A stretch of DNA of 64,000 bases from a virus: IMG/VR virus record IMGVR_UViG_3300046170_000391; one strand, given 5' to 3'. Under the pieces are notes generated by a model. That model made no database searches and had not been told where the DNA came from. It saw nothing but the letters and a program-made list of their open reading frames with translations. The position numbers were made by a program, and so were the translations under genes. Positions 55,322 through 64,000 of this stretch are shown piece by piece. Position 1 is the stretch's first letter; each line of letters starts with the position of its first letter.

Positions 55322-56142
55322 TGAAAAAATCACTATCAGAGATGAAACCACCAAAGCCAGTAGTAGAAGGTGAGAAAAAAGTTACATCTTTTGGCGCTTT
55401 TTCACAAGTTGAAGGTGATCAAGCTACAATTGATTTGAATAAATTAAGAGAGTACAATGTATTCTTTGCAACTCCTTGTTATGGGGGCATGTTAACAGAT
55501 CAATTCTTCTTATCGATGTTTAGGATGAGCCAAGCTTTTATTCAGCATGGTATCAATTTTAGGATTACTACACTTCGTAACGAATCTCTGGTTACGCGTG
55601 CAAGGAATATCTTAACTGCGATGTTTCTTGAGTCTGACTGTACACATTTGATGTTTATTGATTCTGATATTGAATTTGACGTAGAGTCTATTCTAAGAGC
55701 CTTAGCGTATGACAAACCCATAATGGCAGCGGCATACCCTAAAAAAGCACTACCAATTCAATATGCAATTAATTTCAAGTTCGTTGATGCTGAAACTAGA
55801 AAAATTAGAATTGAAAATGGAGCTGTAGAAGTACTTGACGCATCTACTGGTTTCTTTCTTGTAAAAAGAGAGACAGTCGAAAAGATGTGTCAAGCATACC
55901 CAGAACTTCATTATCGTAATGATTCTAACATTGACGAAAAGTTCAATAAACATTGCTATGCACTATTCGATACTTGGTTAGACCCTGATGATAATCGTTA
56001 TCTTTCTGAAGACTATACTTTCTGTCGTAGATGGCAAAAGATTGGGGGAGAAATTTGGTTAGATCCAAATACGAAACTGAATCATGTTGGAAGTTACACT
56101 TTTGAGGGTGATGTCGGTATGATCATTAACAAGAAAAACTAA
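55321..56142 (+). CDS. GT-A-like (DxD) protein
   Basis: ATPCYGG, ESLVTRARN, LMFIDSDI, YLSEDYTFC, LNHVG. Confidence 0.7.
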   Translation: MKKSLSEMKPPKPVVEGEKKVTSFGAFSQVEGDQATIDLNKLREYNVFFATPCYGGMLTDQFFLSMFRMSQAFIQHGINFRITTLRNESLVTRARNILTAMFLESDCTHLMFIDSDIEFDVESILRALAYDKPIMAAAYPKKALPIQYAINFKFVDAETRKIRIENGAVEVLDASTGFFLVKRETVEKMCQAYPELHYRNDSNIDEKFNKHCYALFDTWLDPDDNRYLSEDYTFCRRWQKIGGEIWLDPNTKLNHVGSYTFEGDVGMIINKKN

Positions 56143-56285
56143 AAATAAGGCGTAGTTCTGGCGTGGCTAAGGCTATGTGGAACTACGTTCCTTGCTGCGG
56201 CACTACGTGCCGACGCTAACACACATAGGCAAGTCGTGTTCAACAGCTTTTCACCTGCCGGTGTAGCGCTGTTCACAAGCTAGTA
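56143..56285. ncRNA. Candidate structured non-coding element (about 140 nt)
   Basis: GC-rich gap with four hairpins and a potential GGCA/TGCC loop-loop pairing; minus-strand promoter adjacent. Confidence 0.5.
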
Positions 56286-56290
56286 AACAT

Positions 56291-56319
56291 AAATTAGCAT
56301 ATATTTTGAGGAGAGGCAA
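56291..56319 (-). promoter_or_regulatory. Antisense-oriented promoter TTGCCT-N17-TAATTT
   Basis: Matches the TTGC-type -35 seen elsewhere in the window; points into the structured element. Confidence 0.45.
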
Positions 56320-56325
56320 ATTCAA

Positions 56326-57288
56326 ATGACTAAGATTATCTGTTCTGCAGATTGGCACATAAATTTACACAAGAAAAAAGTACCTTACGAATGGCAAGTT
56401 AGTAGGTTTAAAGCAATGTTCCGTAAACTTATCGCACTTGAACAAAGTTGTGATGTACATATTATAGCTGGTGACATATTTGATAAAAAACCAGAACCAG
56501 ATGAAATCTGTTTGTTTCTAAGCTATATCAATTCTGTCACAATACCAACCTACATCATTCCAGGAAATCATGAAGCCACTAAAAAAGGAGAATCTTTCTT
56601 TGAACATTTTAATGAAGATAATGCCATCAAAAATGAGAACGTCAATTTATTTACTAGAAACGGACGTGCGACTGTGGGTAAAACGTCGTTTCAATTCTAC
56701 CCGTATGGCGAAATGCAGCTCGATAATCTACCAACATATGTCAACGATGATATATTGGTTACGCATATTCGTGGAGAAGTGCCTCCGCATATTACGCCGG
56801 AATATGATTTCTCCCGTCTCTCCCCTTGGGGCTTATGTCTACTTGGCGATCTACACTTTAATCATCGTTATGGCGACACTAACTGTTACTATCCTGGTTC
56901 TCCGTTAAACACTACATTTGATCGTGATGAACATCGTGAATATGGAGTAGATATTTTTAACGTAGTAGATTCACACAACTACACACGTGAGTTCTATGAC
57001 TTAAAACTACCTAAACTTATACGCCGTAAGATTGCTGTTGGAGAAGAAATGCGCCCTGCTGAGTATGACCATGTGGTATATGAAGTTACTGGATCTCTGG
57101 ATCAACTAGCTAAGATGGAAAATTCTGAGTTGCTAGATAAAAAGATGGTAGAAAAGCCAGCGGAGGAGTCCACCCTTGATCTTAAAAATAAAACAATTTA
57201 TGAAGAACTAGAGATTTATCTTAAGCATATTAAAGTTGCAGATACAGAACAAGTACTAACGGAGTTCAAATCTCTAAATGCCCTCTGA
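56326..57288 (+). CDS. SbcD/Mre11-like recombination nuclease (T5 D12)
   Basis: ADWH, AGDIFD, PGNHE, GDLH, YPGSP. Confidence 0.92.
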   Translation: MTKIICSADWHINLHKKKVPYEWQVSRFKAMFRKLIALEQSCDVHIIAGDIFDKKPEPDEICLFLSYINSVTIPTYIIPGNHEATKKGESFFEHFNEDNAIKNENVNLFTRNGRATVGKTSFQFYPYGEMQLDNLPTYVNDDILVTHIRGEVPPHITPEYDFSRLSPWGLCLLGDLHFNHRYGDTNCYYPGSPLNTTFDRDEHREYGVDIFNVVDSHNYTREFYDLKLPKLIRRKIAVGEEMRPAEYDHVVYEVTGSLDQLAKMENSELLDKKMVEKPAEESTLDLKNKTIYEELEIYLKHIKVADTEQVLTEFKSLNAL

Positions 57289-58099
57289 TTTATCTTTAAA
57301 CCGCGTTTATTGGGAATATCCCCAAAGTGGTACTTATCTTCGCCCTCAATATAATTATTGTTGTACTTCGTTTATTCCCTCACTAGGAGTTAGGGCTAAC
57401 ATACCTGAGTACTCAAAGCGTAGTTCATCTTTTAGAGAAGACCTCAAAAAGTTAGCGGTTTCTTTTGCAGAAAAATATAAAGACCATCGTTTCGTATTAG
57501 CCTTGTCAGGAGGTATAGATTCTGAGGTTACAGCAGAACAGTTTTATGAACTAAATATCCCTTTTCGTGGATTATCTCTAAGATTATTTGATGGAACTAA
57601 TGATCATGATATTTTATGTGCGGCTAAGTACTGTAGAGATAGAGAGATACCGCTAAAAATTGTGAATCTAGGATGGGATAGGATGATAGATGAAACTATA
57701 CCAGACGCAGTTGAGCGCGGACAGTTTACCCACGCATATTCACAGATTGCACTCACCCACCTATTTCAACACGTTGATGAGGATGAAATATTAATATTTT
57801 CAGGGCATAATCCTGACTTTCATAGAGGTATTGGTGTAGGTTGGTGGGAGGACTCTCCTAACATGGTTAAGTATGCTATCTCTAAAAGTAAAAAATTCTT
57901 TACTTTTACATCGCTCGAACCAATCTTTTGTCACTATGCAGCTAACTTCGATGATACACAGCCTGGAGACAAGAATAATGATTTTATTTATGAAGCATTC
58001 CCACAACTCAAACGTAGAGTCAAAATGACAGGATGGGAAAAGAATGCTAAAATTATACCAGACTTAGAAGATAGAATTAGAGAATGTTCTACACTATAG
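57278..58099 (+). CDS. Adenine nucleotide alpha-hydrolase (PP-loop) protein; 3' end may be affected by an indel
   Basis: VLALSGGIDSE PP-loop. Confidence 0.6.
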   Translation: MPSDLSLNRVYWEYPQSGTYLRPQYNYCCTSFIPSLGVRANIPEYSKRSSSFREDLKKLAVSFAEKYKDHRFVLALSGGIDSEVTAEQFYELNIPFRGLSLRLFDGTNDHDILCAAKYCRDREIPLKIVNLGWDRMIDETIPDAVERGQFTHAYSQIALTHLFQHVDEDEILIFSGHNPDFHRGIGVGWWEDSPNMVKYAISKSKKFFTFTSLEPIFCHYAANFDDTQPGDKNNDFIYEAFPQLKRRVKMTGWEKNAKIIPDLEDRIRECSTL

Positions 58100-58181
58100 A
58101 CGAGCAATCATTTATTACATGGGAAAGATTTACCTTAAATTTTATGAGAGAATTTTTATGAAAGGAAATTAAAGGATCACT

Positions 58182-60006
58182 ATGAGTAACATAGTATTAA
58201 AACATTAAAATTTTCTAATATGTTTAGTTATGGAAAAGATAATGTAATTGATTTATCATAAAATCGTATTACACAACTTACTGCACCTAATGGTAGTGGT
58301 AAATCTTCTATTGCGATGATTATTCAAGAAGCTACTATTTAATAAAAACTTAAAGGAATTAAGAAAACTGATATTCTTAATCGTTGGACAAAGATAAGTC
58401 TTGGTCTACGCTCACTTACTTTTACTAAGATCGATAATGATTATGAAGTTATAGTTACAGATCAGGGGCACAAACTAAAGTTAACTTAATTGAAAATGGT
58501 ATTGATATATCGGATCATAAAGTACTAGATACTTACAAAAAAATTGCAGATATTATAGGCACAGATTTTGAGGTATTTTCACAGCTTACATATCAATCAT
58601 CTACAGATTTACTAGAGTTCTTAAAGGCCACCGATGCTAATAGAAAGAAATTCTTAATCAATTTATTTAACCTAGAGAAGTATATTACTATTGGAGAAAA
58701 AATTAAGTCTAAGTCCACAGAAACTGATAGAGAATATAATAGGCTTATCGGTGAGCTAAAAACTATTGAAGATTTTCTTGCCCTCACCTCAATACCTACT
58801 AAGAAAACTGAGCAAGAAGTACCTGAAGTTAATGAAGCACTACAAAGACAGATAGGCGTACTACAGCAAGAATTACAAAATTACGAATCAACATGTAAAA
58901 AAATTGATCGTAATAATATGTACATAGAAGAGCGAGATACCCTAGATTTCAACCCTGGAATGACTGTCCCAGATGAGTTTTTATACTATGATGAGTATCA
59001 AACACTAAAACAAGATTTAATCATGTTACAACGAGATATGCATAAAATTAAAAGTGACATAGGTAATATAAGAGTTAACGATACCTGCCCATCTTGTGGA
59101 CAAACTATTGACACTTCTCACCTTGAAAAACTAAAAGCAGATTTAGAAGATCAGCTAAATGAAAAAACAACTCTATATTCAGAAGGAATGACCAAAGCTA
59201 CTAAATGGTCTAATGAAGTAAAAGAAATTGAAAATAAAAAACTAGAATATAATGAGAATAAAAGAAAAATTGAAAGATTCGAGCATTTGTCACAGTTAAT
59301 TGATTCTTCTATTCCAAATGAGTATCCTGATATAGGCAACATTGAAACAAGGATTAAAGATTTACAAAGTGAATATAACATTCAATCAAGAGAGTCTAAA
59401 GTAGCGCAAGAACATAATAAACAAGTCGGAATCCACAATGCGAGAGTAGACGCCCTAATTGACCAAAAAAATGATTTTACTGTTAGACAACAAAGTGTGA
59501 AAGATGATACTCTAACTAAATCAAATCAGATAAATTCTTTAAATATTCTTAAAAAAGCCTTTAGCACGTCTGGTATCGTAGCATTTAAGCTTGAGAATTT
59601 AACTAAAGAACTAGAAGTTTCGATAAATTATTATTTATCAATATTAAGTGATGGTCAATTTCAAGTAGAATTTAAACTTGATAAAGAAAAACTAAACATA
59701 TCCGTTATCAATAACGGAATCGCAACACCAATAGAAACTGTGTCAGGAGGTGAATTCTCAAGAATTCAGACCTCCATTCTTTTAGCTATTAGAAGTCTGC
59801 TATCGAAACTAGGTGGTAGTAGTGTTAACCTTCTATTCCTTGATGAGATTACTGGTGTTCTTGACGATGAAGGAAAAGAGAAACTAGTAGAGGTTCTTCA
59901 AAAAGAAGGTAATCTTAATGTATTTCTCATTTCACATGATTTTACCCATCCATTAATTGATAAAGTTTCTATCGTTAAAGACGATAATATAAGTTCTATA
60001 CAGTAA
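58182..60006 (+). CDS. SbcC/Rad50-like ATPase (T5 D13), 5' part broken by several apparent indels
   Basis: MSNIVLK..FSNMFSYG..APNGSGKSS in shifting frames 58182-58485; then an open frame with CPSCG Zn hook, VSGGE signature, LFLDE, ISH. Confidence 0.85.
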
Positions 60007-60015
60007 GGAAGTCAA

Positions 60016-62298
60016 ATGACTGAAGTTATTAAACGTGATAATACACGTGAGTCTTTAAATATTGAAAAACTACATAAAGTAGTTACTTTTGCTTGTGAAG
60101 ATATTGCCGGTGTCAGTGCAAGTGAGGTAGAGATTCATTCACAGATTCAATTCTTTGACGGTATTAAAACTGAAGATGTACAAGAAACATTAATCAAATC
60201 AGCAGCAGATTTGATCTCTGAAGAAACTCCTAATTATCAATGGGTCGCAGGACGCTTAATTAACTATCACTTACGTAAAATGGTTTACGGACAATTCGAT
60301 CCTTGGGATTTATACACGTTAGTTACAAAAAACGTTGAAAATGGATTCTATGATAAGCATATTCTTAATTCGTATACTAAAGCAGAATTTAGTAAACTAA
60401 ATAGTTATATAAAACATCAAAGAGATAATACCTTAACTTATGCAGCTATGGAACAGTTTAGAGGAAAATATCTAGTCCAAAACCGTGTCACTAAACAAAT
60501 ATTTGAAACCCCACAAATGGCTTATATGCTTATTGCTATGACACTTTTTCAAAGTTATCCTAAAGAAACAAGAATTAAGTGGGTGAAAGATTATTACGAT
60601 GCAATATCTACATTTGATTTATCGTTGCCCACTCCTGTTATGGCAGGGGTACGCACTCCACAAAGACAATTTTCTTCCTGCGTTCTTATCGAAACAGATG
60701 ATTCGCTGGATAGTATTAATGCTAGTACTAGCTCAATTGTTAAGTATGTCAGTCAAAAAGCAGGCATCGGCATCGGAGCTGGTAGAATTAGAGCCCTTGG
60801 AAGCCCAATCCGAAGTGGGGATGCTTACCATACAGGAGTTATTCCGTTCTATAAAATGTTTCAAAGTGCGACACGATCCTGCTCTCAAGGCGGTGTGCGA
60901 AATGGTGCCGCCACCTTGTACTACCCAATCTGGCATCTGGAAGTTGAAGATCTCTTGGTGTTGAAAAATAATAAAGGCACTGAAGATAATAGGGTTCGTC
61001 ACATGGACTACGGAGTTCAGTTTAATAAACTGATGTATGAAAGATTACTTTCTGGAGGAGATATCACACTATTTTCTCCAAGCGATGTTCCTGGTTTGTA
61101 TGAGGCGTTTTTTAATGATCAAGAACAGTTTAAGTATTTATATGAAAAAGCTGAAGTGCATCCTAGTATCCGTAAGAAGACTATTCCTGCAATTGAGTTA
61201 TTTTCATCTTTTATGGAAGAACGCAAAAATACAGGACGTATCTATTTGATGAACGTAGATCATGCAAACACACACTCCTCCTTTGAGGAGACTATTGCTC
61301 CCGTGCATCAATCAAATTTGTGTTGTGAAATCAACCTACCTACAAAACCTTTAAATGATTTTAATGACGAGCAAGGAGAGATTGCATTATGTACCCTTTC
61401 TGCAATTAACTGGGGTAAAATCAAAAAACCAGAAGACTTTGCAAAACCATGTGAATTAGCAGTGCGTGGTCTAGATGCCTTGCTGGACTACCAAGACTAT
61501 CCTGTGAAAGCTGCATACAATGCTACAATGAATCGTAGACCTCTTGGTGTTGGAATTATTAATCTTGCATACTGGCTAGCAAAAAATGGAACTAATTATC
61601 AGGATCCAGACTTAGAGTTAGTCAATAGATATGCAGAAGCATGGAGTTACTATCTGATCAAAGCTAGTGCAGATTTAGCACAAGAACAAGGAGCGTGCTT
61701 AAGAAGTAATGAAACTAAGTATGCCAATGGAAGACTACCTATCGATACCTATAAAACAGATATAGACGAACTGGTAGCTCCTACATATATGATGGATTGG
61801 AGTGATTTACGAGAACAAATGCAGATTCATGGTATTCGTAATTCAACCCTCATGGCTCTTATGCCTTCCGAAACATCTGCACAAATATCTAATGCTACTA
61901 ATGGTGTTGAGCCTCCTCGTTCGTTTGTGTCTGTTAAACAATCAAAAGACGGAGTATTAAAACAAGTGGTTCCAGGTATACATAAGCTAAGAAATAAATA
62001 TGACCTGTTGTGGGATCAACGTTCCCCTCAAGGATACTTAAAAATTATGGCTATTCTTCAAAAATACATTGATCAAGGAATTAGTGTTAATACTAGTTAC
62101 AATCCTACGTTTTTTGAAGATGAAAAAATACCAATGAGCACCATGATTCAAGACTTACTAATGTTTTACAAATATGGTGGAAAACAACTATATTATTTTA
62201 ATACTTTTGATGGTCAAGGCGAAATAGATATTAACAAACTTGATGACTTACCACAAGAAGAAATTGATGACGCTGACTGCGACAGTTGCGTATTATAA
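60016..62298 (+). CDS. nrdA: Ribonucleotide reductase class Ia alpha subunit
   Basis: ATP cone VIKRD, PTPVMAG, FSSC, SNLCCEI, MPSETS, C-terminal CDSC. Confidence 0.97.
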   Translation: MTEVIKRDNTRESLNIEKLHKVVTFACEDIAGVSASEVEIHSQIQFFDGIKTEDVQETLIKSAADLISEETPNYQWVAGRLINYHLRKMVYGQFDPWDLYTLVTKNVENGFYDKHILNSYTKAEFSKLNSYIKHQRDNTLTYAAMEQFRGKYLVQNRVTKQIFETPQMAYMLIAMTLFQSYPKETRIKWVKDYYDAISTFDLSLPTPVMAGVRTPQRQFSSCVLIETDDSLDSINASTSSIVKYVSQKAGIGIGAGRIRALGSPIRSGDAYHTGVIPFYKMFQSATRSCSQGGVRNGAATLYYPIWHLEVEDLLVLKNNKGTEDNRVRHMDYGVQFNKLMYERLLSGGDITLFSPSDVPGLYEAFFNDQEQFKYLYEKAEVHPSIRKKTIPAIELFSSFMEERKNTGRIYLMNVDHANTHSSFEETIAPVHQSNLCCEINLPTKPLNDFNDEQGEIALCTLSAINWGKIKKPEDFAKPCELAVRGLDALLDYQDYPVKAAYNATMNRRPLGVGIINLAYWLAKNGTNYQDPDLELVNRYAEAWSYYLIKASADLAQEQGACLRSNETKYANGRLPIDTYKTDIDELVAPTYMMDWSDLREQMQIHGIRNSTLMALMPSETSAQISNATNGVEPPRSFVSVKQSKDGVLKQVVPGIHKLRNKYDLLWDQRSPQGYLKIMAILQKYIDQGISVNTSYNPTFFEDEKIPMSTMIQDLLMFYKYGGKQLYYFNTFDGQGEIDINKLDDLPQEEIDDADCDSCVL

Positions 62299-62308
62299 GG
62301 AAAAAACA

Positions 62309-63484
62309 ATGACAGTACTAAATACAAGTTCATACGATCACACTGAATCAAAAATGTTCTTTGATGATGCACTCGGAATGCAAAGATTTGACACACTTAA
62401 ATACAGAGCCTTTGATAAACTTACAGATAAACAACTTGGTTTCTTTTGGAGACCAGAAGAAATAGATATTCTTCGTGATGCTGCGGATTTTAAAAATCTT
62501 ACAGAACATGAGCAGCACATATTCACTTCTAATCTAAAACGCCAGATCGTGTTAGACTCAGTTCAAGGACGTGCTCCCGCAGAAAGTTTTGGTTCTATCG
62601 TGTCTTTACCAGAGCTTGAAAACTGGATTATTACTTGGACATTTAGCGAAACTATTCACTCTCGCTCTTATACACATATCATACGTAATATCTACCCTAA
62701 TCCTTCAAAAATATTTGATGAGATGATGGATATTCAAGAGATTGTAGATTGTGCAGATTCAATTTCTGAACACTATGACGATTTGATAGAAATGACAAAG
62801 TGGTATCAACTATTTGGAGAAGGTAACCATGCGGTTGTAAGCCAAGAAGACTGTGATCCTGTAGACGGGATGAAGCTTGGAATTGTCCAAAGAAATAAAA
62901 GCAAATCTATTTCTTTGTATGAGTTAAAAAAGAAGCTATATCTTTGTATGGCTAGTGTTAACATCCTAGAAGGTGTACGTTTCTATGTTTCATTTGCTTG
63001 CTCCTGGGCATTTGCTGAACTTAAGAAGATGGAAGGTAATGCTAAAATTATCAAGTTGATCGCCCGTGATGAAAATGTACACCTTGGTTCTACTCAGCAG
63101 ATTCTAAAGCTACTACCACAAGATGATCCTGATTTTGCTAAAATTGCAAAAGAGTGCGAGCAAGAAGTCGTTAATATGTTCGTAGAGGCAGTTAACCAAG
63201 AAAAAGAGTGGGCTAATTATTTATTCAAAGATGGCTCAATGATCGGTCTCAATACACAACTATTGTCAGACTACATAGAATGGATTGCACACAAACGAAT
63301 GACTGCTATTGGAGTAAAGTGCCCTTATTCAGTACCGCGTGCTAACCCATTACCTTGGACACAAAAATGGATTTCAGGTGCTGAAGTTCAAGTAGCTCCA
63401 CAAGAAACAGAAATTTCCAGTTATGTAATTGGAGGAACCAAACAAGACGTATCAAAAGATACATTTAAAGGATTTTCTTTATGA
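62309..63484 (+). CDS. nrdB: Ribonucleotide reductase class Ia beta subunit
   Basis: FFWRPEE, DSVQGR, ETIHSRSY, EGVRFYVSF, RDENVH, VAPQETE; likely start MTVLN. Confidence 0.97.
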   Translation: MTVLNTSSYDHTESKMFFDDALGMQRFDTLKYRAFDKLTDKQLGFFWRPEEIDILRDAADFKNLTEHEQHIFTSNLKRQIVLDSVQGRAPAESFGSIVSLPELENWIITWTFSETIHSRSYTHIIRNIYPNPSKIFDEMMDIQEIVDCADSISEHYDDLIEMTKWYQLFGEGNHAVVSQEDCDPVDGMKLGIVQRNKSKSISLYELKKKLYLCMASVNILEGVRFYVSFACSWAFAELKKMEGNAKIIKLIARDENVHLGSTQQILKLLPQDDPDFAKIAKECEQEVVNMFVEAVNQEKEWANYLFKDGSMIGLNTQLLSDYIEWIAHKRMTAIGVKCPYSVPRANPLPWTQKWISGAEVQVAPQETEISSYVIGGTKQDVSKDTFKGFSL

Positions 63485-63879
63485 TTGATCTAAATAAATA
63501 TAAAGAGTTTGTTAGTGCTGTTACAAGTCAAGAGAGTAACAATGTTAGAAAACTTACAGATAAATTACACGAACTTGACAGAAAAATTAATATATCTTTA
63601 CTAATGACTGGAGGAATTGGTCTAGCTTCAGAAGGTGGTGAATTTAATGAGATCGTAAAAAAGTGCGTGTTTCAAGGTAAGCCTTTAGATGATGATACAA
63701 TTTTTCATATGAAGCGTGAGCTGGGAGATATTATATGGTACTGGGTAAATGCTTGTAGAGCACTAGAACTAGATCCTAATGATGTCGTAGCAGAAAATGT
63801 TAAAAAACTTGAGTCTAGATATCCTCATGGAGAATTCGATGTTCATTATTCAGAAAATCGTCAAGAAGGCGACCTATGA
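63481..63879 (+). CDS. MazG-like nucleotide pyrophosphohydrolase
   Basis: GLASEGGEFNEIVKK, RELGDIIWY, NVKKLESRY. Confidence 0.88.
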   Translation: MIDLNKYKEFVSAVTSQESNNVRKLTDKLHELDRKINISLLMTGGIGLASEGGEFNEIVKKCVFQGKPLDDDTIFHMKRELGDIIWYWVNACRALELDPNDVVAENVKKLESRYPHGEFDVHYSENRQEGDL

Positions 63880-64000
63880 TGAAAATAATAATCTGGAGTA
63901 AACCAGATTGTCCATTTTGTGTGCGGGCTAAACACGAGTGTGATAAACGTGGGATTGCTTATGATGAAAAATTAATTGGATTTAATGGTTTAACCAAAGA
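63876..64000 (+). CDS. Glutaredoxin (runs off the window edge)
   Basis: MMKIIIWSKPDCPFCVRAK. Confidence 0.85.
   Translation, partial: MMKIIIWSKPDCPFCVRAKHECDKRGIAYDEKLIGFNGLTK

Noticed and set aside
57278-58099. PP-loop protein as an asparagine synthetase partner for the Asn module
   Set aside because: Only the SGGxDS loop is recognisable; there is no glutaminase domain and it lies about 50 kb away, so the substrate cannot be inferred.
58090-58490. SbcC/D13 5' region as a pseudogene or programmed frameshift
   Set aside because: Several single-base indels cluster in about 400 bp, at least one in an A run, while motifs stay intact and the rest of this core gene is open. This is best explained by local sequencing or assembly error; read mapping would settle it.
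672-62526. Numerous short antisense or alternate-frame ORFs in the track (e.g. 672..1046, 1149..1502, 29623..30030, 60599..60964)
   Set aside because: They lie wholly within well-supported genes and lack RBS and motifs.
1-64000. CRISPR array, integrase, transposase, introns or inteins (checked by eye in polA, nrdA, nrdB, helicases)
   Set aside because: No repeat-spacer pattern or recombinase was seen and core genes have normal lengths. The Cas4-like gene is a stand-alone phage exonuclease.
1-64000. Stop-codon reassignment
   Set aside because: The standard code gives near-complete coding density, and TAA, TGA and TAG all end genes at sensible, often coupled, positions.

Overview
This window is 64 kb of an AT-rich, gene-dense, lytic dsDNA bacteriophage genome of the T5-like (Demerecviridae-related) type. 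The right half keeps the T5 replication order: NAD ligase, D5, DnaB/D6 helicase, primase, PolA, D10 helicase, D11, D12/D13 (SbcD/SbcC), then nrdA, nrdB, MazG-like and glutaredoxin. Genes run leftward to about 19.3 kb and rightward after it. A circularly permuted two-piece tmRNA and GapR-, MsmA- and BMP-like genes point to a marine alphaproteobacterial host (inference). Accessory content includes lysis genes, a large sugar/amino-sugar/sulfation/carbamoylation toolkit, several 2OG-Fe(II) oxygenases, a purine-scavenging triplet, a Pho-box-linked PiT-like transporter, UvsE, ErpA/IscA and ribosomal protein bS21. The best candidate for an undescribed system is a two-gene unit at 5633-6644. It encodes a class IIb Asn-type aminoacyl-tRNA-synthetase catalytic core with no anticodon-binding domain, followed 5 nt later by an atypical tRNA with an Asn (GUU) anticodon, U1-A72 and G73 on a Leu-like long-variable-arm body with U37. 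This may be a phage-encoded orthogonal mini-AsnRS/tRNA pair. Other highlights are a protein-coding ORF nested in the tmRNA intervening segment, a Rieske-less MsmA-like oxygenase coupled to an unannotated metallothionein-like peptide, and a structured ~140-nt intergenic element. Frameshifts near 33.9 kb and 58.1-58.5 kb look like sequencing indels. All family assignments come from motif recognition by eye; no database search was run.
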